NCBI GenBank assembly: GCA_000708835.1
Contig: DF237476.1
Span: 1-64,000, forward strand
DNA from: Klebsormidium nitens
Taxonomy: Eukaryota > Plantae > Klebsormidiophyceae
Length of the DNA stretch: 64,000 nucleotides
Reading direction: 5' to 3'
Below are positions 44,930 to 55,576 of this stretch, piece after piece. The position numbers and the translations under genes are program-made. The notes under the pieces were generated by a model, which worked only from the letters and a program-made list of their open reading frames with translations, did not search any database and had not been told where the DNA came from. How positions within the stretch are numbered: position 1 is the stretch's first letter; every line of letters starts with the position of its first letter.

Positions 44930-45720
44930 GGCGGTCTCGATCGCGCGACGATCCGGTCACAAATTTGAATCACCGGTGTGTCGCGTCGCGACAATTACTG
45001 TACGCGGTACTGACGACCGTGCAGACCGGTACTTGAGAATCCGGTCCGAGTTCATAAATTAGAATCTGTCTGACATTCCGATCGTCAGAAACTTCCGGAG
45101 TTTCCGGCGGTACGGTACCGATCAAGTCTGACCGTACGTGAAATTTGAAAATCATGGTTTCGATCGGAAGTTCCGACTCGAACCACCCTAGAGTACCGCG
45201 GTACCTAACTTGAAAGGAGAGTGCAGAAGATGGAAACGGGAGTGTAGGGAATGGCGCTTTTTAGAAGCAAGCAATGGCGGCCAACTTTGCAGCCACGATG
45301 GTGCTTCTTCCGATTTGTCCTCAACATAACAAGATGTTGGAGCTTCGAAGGAGCCTTCATGACGCTCTCCCAACATTTTTTTCTGCTTGTCAGAGGTTTT
45401 TATAAGCTGCATATGGCTCTTCTTTGCGTGCCAATTTGATGCTCCTCTCAAAGTGTAAAACCTGACACTGTCTAAGAATCTCCTCACACTTACTTACGGC
45501 CCGGCAAAATTTTTCTGAGTATTTGTACCGCCCGAGTAACATAAACCTGAGTAGCCGTGACGCGAACCGCCGGTAACACTGACGATATTCGATACGCGCT
45601 AAATCGATTTTGTGGCGGCCGGAGTCGGAATCGACTCGGCCGGTACCCACCATAGGTAGCTTGTGCCTAAGGTTTCTCGATATATCCACGATTATTCCAT
45701 GTACTCCGGGCAGCAGCAAC
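44930..45720. other. Orphan CpG-rich, hairpin-rich and GTAC-rich island (possible non-autonomous mobile element or regulatory module)
   Basis: Several short inverted repeats (GTACCGCGGTAC 45192-45203; GGTTTCGATCGGAA/TTCCGACTCGAACC 45156-45184; TCTGAC/GTCAGA); 8 GTAC in 45000-45203; it lies between two gene 3' ends. Confidence 0.4.
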
Positions 45721-45777
45721 TGACAAAAGAGAGAGACTTTTGGAGAAAGTCCAGTTTGACAGAGCGCAATGGACGTG

Positions 45778-45829
45778 CCTCTTCTAAGGGACGCTAAGTC
45801 AATCCTCTTCTAAGGGACGCTAAGTCGAT
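45778..45829. repeat. 26-bp tandem duplication
   Basis: CCTCTTCTAAGGGACGCTAAGTC(A/G)AT occurs twice with one mismatch. Confidence 0.9.
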
Positions 45830-46450
45830 CAATTGGTCCCATCCGGCGTTCAAATGGATGCATGATTGGATCACTTCGGAATAAAAGTTCTTCTTATTTT
45901 GATCATCATCCGTGTTGAGTTCGCATCATTGGCAGATCGACATGCATGCATGTTTACGATCTGATAAAATGGTTACTCGAGTCAATTAAGTTATTATGAT
46001 AGTGACTTGGGCCCGTACAGGGAGATCCGGCATATGCATACAGCATGAAATGAGCGCCGCCCGCGTGGGAATGCTAGCTGCGGCCTGCATGGCGGCAGCG
46101 GCTCGAGCCCTTCAGCTAATTACTCTCAGTCTGGCCACCCCATCAGTGTGAGATATGTATTGAGTGGAATCCATATGCATATGCTCAGGCTGCACGCCAC
46201 GCGTTAAGCATTAGTATGTACTCTATATGTATACTAGGAATTCAATTGGTATAAAGGACATATTGGAGGAGCCCAGTTTTTGAGTTAAATCGGGCTTTCA
46301 ATCAAATATTGAAAGCCGAATAACAGAGTCATGTGCATGAGGACAAGACGGTTGGACTTGATCAAAGTAATGCCGTTAAGTTCGCACTTATAAGCTAAAA
46401 GTTCAGCTTGAGATCTCCATATGGCCTACAGAGTATAGAACTCACTACCG
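45830..46450. other. Palindrome-rich spacer between convergent CHI-fold and DTC genes
   Basis: ACATGCATGCATGT at 45940-45953 and CATATGCATATG at 46172-46183, plus GAATTC, GTATAC and CTCGAG words. Confidence 0.55.
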
Positions 46451-47089
46451 TCGCTATACAAGACTTAGTAGATGGATGCATGTTTCCTGGCTGCGAAGCA
46501 GTGGCTTTCGGAGAACACACGCAAAGTTGGCCATCGACTTCAGAGGCACGGTCGGCTTGCCAAGGCACTTGCTCTAGTCGATATCATCGGGAGTTACTGT
46601 GCCTTCGGACGAGTCAAACAATGCGGACCATGCATATTCGTCAAGTATGCGGTAGTAACTCGAGACGCCCCAGGAAATGAGACTCGTAGGATTCAGTAAG
46701 AAATAAAGCGTGTCAATGTTCCTTATTCGGCAAGCAGATCCGTGCCTTGAATCGTTTCTATATTTGGGACCTGTCGCCTAAGCTTGTTCGCCCCCCCGTT
46801 ATTACCAGAGCAAAAGTAAAGCACCCCTCTTGGTTGTCAAAGTCGATTCCTGTTGTAACAATGTACGCCGATCCCCCCTTGTGTCGGCCGTTTCTTCGTT
46901 GAACAAAACACAGGATGGCAACCCAAAGCTTCGCTTCACCTCCGAAAGGTTGACCATAGTACAGCCTATTGAACCTCCTGGCTACCAAATGTATTCATTC
47001 CATGCTCACCAAACCTCCTTCCAATCCTCTCTGACCTTCCAATTCTGTCCCACAAGAATCCACAACAATTGATCGAGCTCACCGTTGCA

Positions 47090-49690
47090 TCACAACCCAA
47101 CATTCTTCTGCGTCTTCTGGATCTGGTTGAGGAAGAGCCAGGTGAACTGCAGAAAACCAAGAATTGTCGCGTCAGACGACAGCAACAGCAATCAGCAAAA
47201 ACCAGAGACTCACTATAAGCAATTAATGCAGCATACACTGGTGCCAGACTCACAAAACACAATTGCGCTTGGTACTTTTACAGGCGATGCAAAGATGAGA
47301 CTCGGACAGTAGGCGATTGGGTCCTTTTGGGACATTCAAGCCTTTGCCATGACAGGATCGACTTCTTTCTTCCCAGAACATATGAGCCTTCTGCATCAAT
47401 GTTTCCAAGCCAGTAACACCACACTCACCATCACATGCGGCGCTATCCGCACAACGTAGGTGGGGAACCCAGAGTACAACTTCAGAGGACCATATTGCCG
47501 AATCGTCTTGACGGCACAGTCCAACGAACCCGCAAAGGGCAGCTTCCCGTCAGGCCCTGGCTGCTGCTTCTGGATCTGGGTCTTCACGTAGTCGAAGGGC
47601 AGACTGCAGGCGGCGGCAAAGAAGCCGGAGATGGCGCTGGCACCTGCAAACAGGCAGGTTCCAGATGGCTTATCCACATGGTAAGACCTCCTTCTTAGCT
47701 GCTTTTCCCCCTGGCTGCCAGAGCTGGCTGCTTTTAGGATGTTGTATACAGAAGTTGTTGACAGAATCGCTATCCCACCAGTTGAAATCGTCTGAGTCTG
47801 CCTACACTCCCGCCTTCCCTACAAATGCTACACGTTTCCCGATACAGCATGATACCCACCGCCGTAAGATGGAGTGCCGGACTCTCTTGCCAATAACAAA
47901 GATTTCACCAACTTATATGCCACCGACTTGTCACTTGTCCCGCAGACTGAAGGATGACCGTTTTTTCATTGGGGGTAAACTCCGCCTATCTTCTGGATAT
48001 CTGTTTTAACCATTTCGTGAAGAGAACAGCGAGCCCCAAAACAACAAAGCCCTCTCAAGGTCAAGATCCAAGCGGTCAACTCCGGCATGCGCACCTTTAT
48101 CTGAGAGAAGCTGCAGCAGAGAGGATGGTGGCTCACCCAAGACGGTTTGAATTTCAGACAAGCCTTGGCTTTTGAGACTCTCAGCGGCTTGATCGTATGA
48201 AGCGAGCATCCCCATGTTGAGTGCCATGGCCCTGACGACGGTCGGCCCGGCTCCCCTCCAAAGAGCCAACACCCCTTCGTCCTTTGTGATCCTCGATAGG
48301 GCATGGAAGGCATTCTTGTAGTTTCTCCGTTGCTCAAGAGGAAGAGTGGAATCGGCTTGCATCCGAATAAGAGCGAGATCGGCGGGGCTTCCGACACATG
48401 CCCCGATGGCACCAGCGCTCAGCCCGCACAGCGCCTTCTGATACAGAGGGAGGGGCTTGCCGTCGTTTGCAGCCTGGGCTTTTGTGGTCAGAATCCTGCA
48501 ACCGAACAGCGCCTCCATCAGCACAAACCCTCCTGAATGCAGCTGCTCAAGCAGAAGACTCTACATGTGATGAAGTCCTGTCAACGGGACAAAGTCAGAG
48601 TCTACTCATACAGCCAACTATCCAACAATGCGATTGAAGCAGTGTCGGGTGCCCGGAGAAAACAGCTGACACAGATTCATACCTGAATGATCCAAGCCTG
48701 GCGGTCGTATAGGTGGCCTGTCTGAGAAGTCCGGCAGAGAGACCCTGCAAATAGCACCAAGAAAACCTTCATGATTGGAGGGAAAGGACAATCTGCAGTC
48801 TACTCGTCCACTTTTGTGATGCCCGATGTTTAGCGCAATTCTCATTTGCAACAAATGCAACTTTTTGAACTGGACTTGCATGCACTCGTCAATAAGCATT
48901 TTGGAGTGGCGCTGGCAGCCATCCGTACCTTGTACATGGCTCCAAATCCTTCCTTAGCAATAATACTTTTCGCCACTTGAACAGGGCCTCCTCCATCCAA
49001 CTGAATCCGGACCTGTCCACACATGTCAAGCAAGCAATGCACAGTGAGCACTGATTTGCTCTTATTCAAGTTTTCTTGTCAATCAATCACCTTGTAGAAA
49101 TAACCAAACCCTTCTTTGGCCATGATCTCCTTCGCTACACCAATGGGGCCTCCACCGGTGAGTTGAATTCGCACCTGCAAAGAGCCAGGTTCAAACACCA
49201 TAGATAGTCAGGGGACGTAATGGCATAAATGAGCTTTCTTGACGAGATACCGAGTGCAAATTCTGGAGGCAGAGCCGGAAACTCATCCAGATGATCGTCA
49301 TCCTAATGTGAACAATCTGCAATTTTGAGATCTGTGCACCATAATGTGATGAGAAAATTGGATTACGTTGCGTTTAAGTTACAAGACCAACAAGATGAAA
49401 GCAATCGACCTGGGCATCCATCACTTGCGGGGGGAATGTCGAGTAGGCATTTCTGAGATCCAGGAAGAAGGCCGTCTGAGCAAGTGCTCATATCAACTCT
49501 GCTACAAGAACGGTCAGATCTCTAGCAACTTGGATCATTACCAGCAAGACAAAGGAACACGTACCTTGACCATGTCAATTGGCTGAATGACACATGTGGC
49601 TGCCATCCCTGACAAGCCTCCATTGAGAAACGGCTTCACTGTTGTCCAAAGAGGTGACAATGCTGGTTTCGGTTTGCTGTCTGTAGCCAT
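47090..49690 (-). CDS. DTC: Mitochondrial dicarboxylate/tricarboxylate carrier with duplicated exon 2
   Basis: Exons 49565-49690, [49091-49174 or 48929-49012], 48683-48744, 48137-48495, 47429-47643 and 47090-47146. The peptide is colinear with plant DTC: VKPFLNGGLSGMAATCVIQPIDMVKVRIQL, GLSAGLLRQATYTTARLGSF, GSPADLALIRMQAD, SLPFDYVKTQIQK, RIAPHVM. Confidence 0.96.
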
Positions 49691-49949
49691 TGCACTTCAA
49701 TGTAACGCTGATCTTAGAGATTCACCTGAATTGCTCAAGCGAAAGCAAGAGGGCACAAACTTCTTCTACGGTATACACTACCAAATCAGGAATCCTTTGC
49801 CGAATGTGTGCACACTGCGGATCTTAGACTTCCGGAACAGATGTCGTCTCTGAGACCCCGCCAAAAGCACAAGAGGAAGAGGAAAGAATGGAAGCATTGA
49901 TTGAGAATGCCCGCATGATGATGCTGCTGCTCGAGTTAGCGTGGGTAGG

Positions 49950-50300
49950 AGCCAGATCTAGCTTTGCGTGACAGAAGTCGCCAGTACGCCGCGCGCCAAA
50001 ACGGCGAGCCACATTCTCGGCCGACACCCGAGTTCGAGTCAAGCCAGCTGGTCCTAAAATCCACACTGTGTCTATCCAACGGTGCACAACGAATCCGACG
50101 GCTCAAATTGCAAGGCGGCGAACGTTCTCTGCTGCTACAGTGGCCCGAAGGGTGGCGACGCCAAACACTCCTTCTGGGCTAGCATGTTTTAGGGTTTGCA
50201 CTCCGTCTTGCTTCTTCAGAATCCGCGCTAGCTCTACGATCAGGCTGCTGGATGTGGAGGCCCGCCTGCTACGGTATATTGCATTGATATTGATCCTGCG
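49950..50300. promoter_or_regulatory. Putative bidirectional promoter between DTC (-) and SYP71 (+)
   Basis: CpG-rich interval (CGCCGCGCGCC) between divergent genes; positional inference. Confidence 0.4.
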
Positions 50301-50549
50301 CAGAAAAGACTATTAAGGATCTCAGAAGCAGCAGCTCTTGATCAGAAGTCTTGACTGCTGAAAGAGGGGGCCAGCGCACATTGGGGACGCCTCGCTTGCT
50401 TGATCTTGACGAGCGCCAATTGAAAGAAAGATTGCAACAGTAATTCTGCAAGACTACCCAATCGCAATCTGCATCACATCCTTTTCGCTCTGTGCGCACA
50501 ATTAATATTATAGTGCAGGAGTACGTTGCCTGGTTCTTAAGCGCGGAGA

Positions 50550-53086
50550 ATGGCTACCATAGATATCATCACAAGAGTTGATGCGCTGTGTAAAAAGTAT
50601 GAGAAATATGACGTTGATAAGCACAAGCAGGAAGCCATGTCCAGCAGCGACAACTACGTGCGGTTGTTCTCTCAGATAGAGTCGGATCTGGAGGTGGCTA
50701 TGCAGGTGAGCGCATTGCAGGCGGGCGGTCCTCCTCCGGAGGCCCCTTCGGTTTAGCCAGGGCAGATCTGCAGCAAACCGCAGTAGGCACCAATCGATTC
50801 TGCAGTTTGTGCAATTGTTCCAATATGTCTTACAGATGATGCTGTGCCTGTGGACTCTTCTCACGCCCTTCCGATTTGTGGGGTTTTCTACTGCAGAAAG
50901 CTAATGATGCATCAATTGAGAAGAACCGGGCAATTGTCGCGACTCTGAATGCGGAAGTGAGGCGGCAAAAGACGGCACTGAAGGTGGAGCTGCCCAAGCT
51001 TGAAAAGCTGGCGTACAAGAAGGTGAAGCATCAGCGGTACTCCTGCACGCACTTTCGCAGCTTCTGGGGCGAAAAGTTGGCGGCCTCAGAGGCAACAGGG
51101 TCCTTCTTGCTCACTTTGGTGACTTTACATGTGAAGAAGCAGGCCGCGTCAGCATCACGACGGTCCGCATGATGCCTGAAGCTCTGCTTGCCATCCCCCT
51201 GCTTGACGTGTGTCCTCCAGTCTCTGAGCGGCCCAATTGACAGGAAGCATGGTTTCAAAACTTTGGGTCTGTGCTCTTCTGCAGGTGAAGGGGGTACCGA
51301 AGGAGGAGCTCGCCCAGCGGCCAGAACAAGTCAAAGCTCTGGCTGCAAAAATAGACGCAGTGCCTGATGGTGTGACGATCAACAACCGCCGTGCCCAGAA
51401 GGGGCCTGGAAGCATCAGGGAGATCAAAATTGACGCAATCAATCCAGGCAAGGACATGCCCAGCCTGGTAGCTGTTTCAGCTTGAGATTGTGTGAGAGAT
51501 GATCAGTTTTGTGTCCAGCCTCGGCAAGTTTAGTAAACGAGATTCTCTGATCTTGTTTGCTCCTACTGGAAGAAGGGCATTTAGAGAGAAGTAGATGTTT
51601 GGTGGGAAACGAGTTCCAAAGCGGCAAAATTGAGCTGCTCGTCTTCTTTTCTGCAGAGGACATCATGTTGAACCCCGAGCAGTACCAGCATTCAGAAGAG
51701 TCACGGGGGTTCCGGCAAGAGTTTGAGATGAGAAAAATGAAGCAGGTGAGTTGGCCACACCGATTGTCCAGGTTGGGGCCTCTTTTGCTTGACTAGTTGA
51801 ATGGTTCAGTGTCTACAGACGAGTACTTCTGCCATTGGTCTCATAAACTACTGGCTGTGCTGCAGGATGAGGGCCTTGACGTCATCTCGTCAGGACTTGC
51901 AACATTAAAGAACATGGCGGAGGACATCAATGAGGCAAGCTGAACACCCCTCGTCCTAACACTAAAAGGAGACTGCTTGTTGTCAACCCGCACTCCCTCC
52001 AGCTTGTGAATTGCTGAACTGCTCAGGTCTTTCCTCTTGAGCAGAATTTTGATGGCCGTTCAAATTGGTAACATAGTGCGCATCTGGCACTGGTGCTCAG
52101 CAGTTCTCGGCCCTTGAATTCATGGTGGGCCTGTCCCTGTTGTCCTTCTGCTGGCTGCTCACATCCTTTGTTGTATGCTCCTCAGGAGCTTGACAGGCAA
52201 GCTCCCTTGGTGGACGAAATCGAGACGAAGGTAGGAACCAATCTTGCTCTGAGGACGCGAAGCTGTTTGACCACTGCTAATCTGGATCTCTGGTCCGGTT
52301 CTTTAACGAGCGTGTCATACATGGCTAGTCGGCTCATGTCGCCTTTGGGCTAGAGATAGAAAGAGGCACACCGTTCATGGGTGCCGTTGCTGAGCTCGAC
52401 GCCTTGTGTGACTTCTCATCATGGTGCAGGTTGACAAAGCCAACGCGGATCTCCGAAACACCAACAAGAGACTGAAAGAGACGGTTTTAAAGGTAGGCCG
52501 TTCTTGTCACTTGCTCTCTAGTCAATTCTGAAGCTCGTCCGAAGCGCCAACAGTACTGTCTGATATTCAATACAAACTCGGACAAACTCTTGCGGTGTTG
52601 TTTTCCTGCCGCTCATCGTATGCACATTGCACATGTACTTGTCTGGCGGGGATTCGCCCTGTATAGGGCACTTCAGGTTCCTCCTGGCAAGGATCGAACG
52701 CTGTGTTCCAAGAGCACTCGCTTGAAAGGTTGCTTTCCTGCTAACACAATCCCTTTCTTAAGTTCTCTGCCTCTCTTTCCAGATGCGGACAACAAGGAAC
52801 TTCTGCATCGATATCATTCTGATGTGCATTGTTTTGGGCATCATCGGCTATATCTACAAGTAAGTATGTCGATCTTGTGGTCGACCTTCGTAACTTCATT
52901 CATCTGAACCCTTGTTACCGTTCATTGCTTCAATAGTGTAGGAAGTTCGGACTGGTTTCTACACTTCCCTTTCTTAATCTTGGTCCACTCAAGAGCTGGC
53001 GCTATGCAACCTCCTGAGAATCATGGGTATGGCTACAGACTGACTAACAAACCTTGTTTGAATCTCCTTGCAGCCAAGTGCGTTGA
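50550..53086 (+). CDS. SYP71: Qc-SNARE syntaxin of the plant SYP7 family, 9 exons
   Basis: Exons 50550-50705, 50897-51022, 51285-51447, 51657-51745, 51866-51934, 52186-52230, 52430-52492, 52783-52859 and 53074-53086. Motifs: IDIITRVDALCKKYEKYD, FRQEFEMRKMKQDEGLDVIS.GL..LKNMA, ELDRQ.PL.DEIETKVDKA, and the TM segment RNFCIDIILMCIVLGI. Two introns need GC donors. Confidence 0.93.
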
Positions 53087-53279
53087 CTTGTTGAGGCTTG
53101 TATCTACTGCGCACGTGACCTAGGTCCACCGGACACTTGCAATCTGACGCAAATGTATTCTGGGTCACTCCGTAAACCGCTTGTATCTTGAACTGTATTC
53201 TTTGAAGCAGCCTAAGCTATGCAAGGGACCTTTTCCGAGTTTAAAACATACTTGCAAACACTCCCGCAAATGGGCTCAA

Positions 53280-53660
53280 GTTGAGGCAAAATGATCGCAC
53301 AATCTGATTGTTTAATGGGTCAGCCATCAGCCTGAACTTATTAATCGTGGCCTTCAATTGATGTAGCCGGCCATTTGATTGAGGTCGCTTCTCAGGATAT
53401 GGGCATCATGCAACACAGGACCGTCAATTTTAACAGTGCATGACGATGCCAATTCAGATCGATAATTGCTAAGGATCAATGCGCATATGTAAAGTGTACA
53501 CCTGCATGCAGTAGCTGCGTTGGACCATGCACTCAGGCGCTAGCATTTTCGATCGGAGTGTATGAAACCATATCATGTTTAGTATGTGCGCAAGGCTATA
53601 TGTATCCAATACTAAAGCGTATATTCACTATAGCACATGATATATCATGACCGTATTCAC
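53280..53660. other. Palindrome-rich spacer downstream of SYP71
   Basis: CATGATATATCATG (14-bp perfect palindrome) at 53636-53649, plus CATATG, TGTACA, TGCATGCA and GGCCGG words. Confidence 0.5.
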
Positions 53661-54670
53661 ATGTTCACTTACATTCGACATCCCTAGATGGAAGTTGAAG
53701 GCGGCAAGTATGCCAGCTCCACGAACACCTGCGGCGTGGCAAGCCATTTGTTCTCCAACATCGTGAACATGCCCATGCGTACAACTGTTTTGATCGCAGT
53801 ATTCAGCAACATCAAGGAAAATGAGTGAGTTACGACTGCGCGGCCACACAGATCGAGGGGAAACTGGCAAGTCGAGTAACAAAGACCACCTCTCGCTCTC
53901 GGGCACTCTTTGTAACCCCCTTCCGGTTGCCTTGGCTGGTCCATCTGCAAAAATCAATAGGCAGTCACGGTCATCATAGACTGAGTTGCCTTTCAAGGAG
54001 CGGACTTGCGACAGGTCAATCGTCTTCCGCAACTGTTACCAAGGTTGAAAGAAGAAGTTCCAGACAACATCGAAAAGCTTTCTCATGCTGATGCCCAGTT
54101 GTGCACCAAACAATTTGTCGCTGGGACATGTCAAGCGATTCACTAGGAAACAAAAAGACTTCCGTTTGAGTTGGCCCAGCTAGGCCATGAGGCAACTTAT
54201 GTTCGCAATGATACATCCTCTGCAGCGTCCTCTGGTACACTACCTATTCTATTACAATCTCCTGGGTCATTTGAGACTCCTCCTTAAAGCAGCTCACATC
54301 GTACTAGGGACATCCAGCTGCCAGCAACGAAAATGACCAACTAACTTTGTCCCAATTCTTGACTGGTGGTAGACTCCCATTTCCAACCTACACTGCTACA
54401 GTGGTCGGTGATCAATTCAAAGTCTTAGCAAGCCCGGCCGTACTTGGCCTGACACAGGTGTCAGTGTTGGCATGAGCAGCATTTTGTTGGACTACGTGAA
54501 AGCACAGATTCTGAGCCGGTGTGCTACTTTGATTTATTTTGGGTGGCTGATCTGCCTTGACCTCCATATCAAGGCAGTGGCGCCCACCCTTTGTGAACCA
54601 GCCAGGCCTTGCAAGCTAGAGCTTGCAAGCTCTCAGCGTCACCAGTCCCAACAGTCTAGGTCAAATGCTG

Positions 54671-54883
54671 TCACTTCTTTCCAGGCGCTCCCTTCCCACA
54701 CGCCCTTTGGAACGCCTGGATTTCTTTTGCGCACATTGCCCCATCGTTGTTGTTCCTCTCCAAGCAAGCCTTCAAAGCTTCCACGTCACAAGGTGACAGC
54801 CCAGCGGCGCCGCTGTCAACCAACGCTCCAGCATGCGAAGCCTCACCTCCTGCGCCAGCCTCGCTTCGATTCAACCTATCCAT
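54671..54883 (-). CDS. Small (70 aa) twin-cysteine helical-hairpin protein (CHCH-like)
   Basis: PCDVEALKACLERNNNDGAMCAKEIQAFQRAC has four Cys in a helix-loop-helix pattern (CX7C...CX10C). A splice acceptor (TTCAG) precedes the ATG, and orientation fits a divergent pair with the DUF4336 gene. Confidence 0.6.
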   Translation of the reverse strand: MDRLNRSEAGAGGEASHAGALVDSGAAGLSPCDVEALKACLERNNNDGAMCAKEIQAFQRACGKGAPGKK

Positions 54884-54999
54884 GTCTGCTGAACATAACC
54901 CCAGCCGCCTTCATGAGCTCCATGCGGAGCAAACTGTGGTTTTGTGAACGTAGCCAGAGCTGAGTAAACCAACGCCAATACTGGCAATAGCAATAAAAC

Positions 55000-55450
55000 A
55001 GGCAACATGGATCCTAGTTTTGTGCTGGCAGACGGCCTCACACGACCGAGAATATATGGTAAATAGACAAGAGAATTTCAGGAGCTCATAAGAATGCGGC
55101 TCTTGCACGAGGTTGAGGCAAATATTGTAAGTAACATTACGCTTTGTTTTATATCACAATTGCAGATTATAAGCGTGCGACTATACAGTCAGTATATCCC
55201 AATATGTTTTTTAAGCTGCATTGCATGTAAATCAGATCTTTAATATCATGGACGCAGGCTCAACAAGGTTAAAGCTGCAAATTGCAATGCCAGCTCGCGA
55301 GTGCCTGCCATTGCTGTGCTCCAGATCGACGAGGTTTATTCAAACACATTAAACTTATCTCCTGCTTTAGCACCTTCTGAAGATTCATCATCTCTCTCTG
55401 CTTCTACACGCCCCATTAGCTACTCGCGAGCTGCATTGTGAAAGAAGCGC
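55000..55450. promoter_or_regulatory. Putative bidirectional promoter between the twin-Cys gene (-) and the DUF4336 gene (+)
   Basis: Non-coding interval between divergent genes; positional inference. Confidence 0.3.
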
Positions 55451-55576
55451 ATGCCAGTTGTCATAGGTAACAAACTCTCAAGCGCCAGCTCACGCTCTCG
55501 ACAAGCCTTAAACATTGAGCTGCTGCATCAAAGGACTGCTGGCGTGAGGGAAGGCACAATCCATTGCTCCGTCCCA

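Noticed and set aside
49205-49300. Possible intronic C/D snoRNA in DTC intron 1 (GATGA...CTGA, with ATTACGTCCC resembling 18S)
   Set aside because: The C box is imperfect, and the rRNA-like word is in the sense rather than the guide orientation.
53628-54240. Minus-strand ORFs (134, 88, 74 aa) with one good acceptor (TTTTTGCAG at about 53945)
   Set aside because: Two frames are equally open and neither has a recognisable motif. It may be 3' UTR or an unannotated exon of the twin-Cys gene; not supportable without transcripts.
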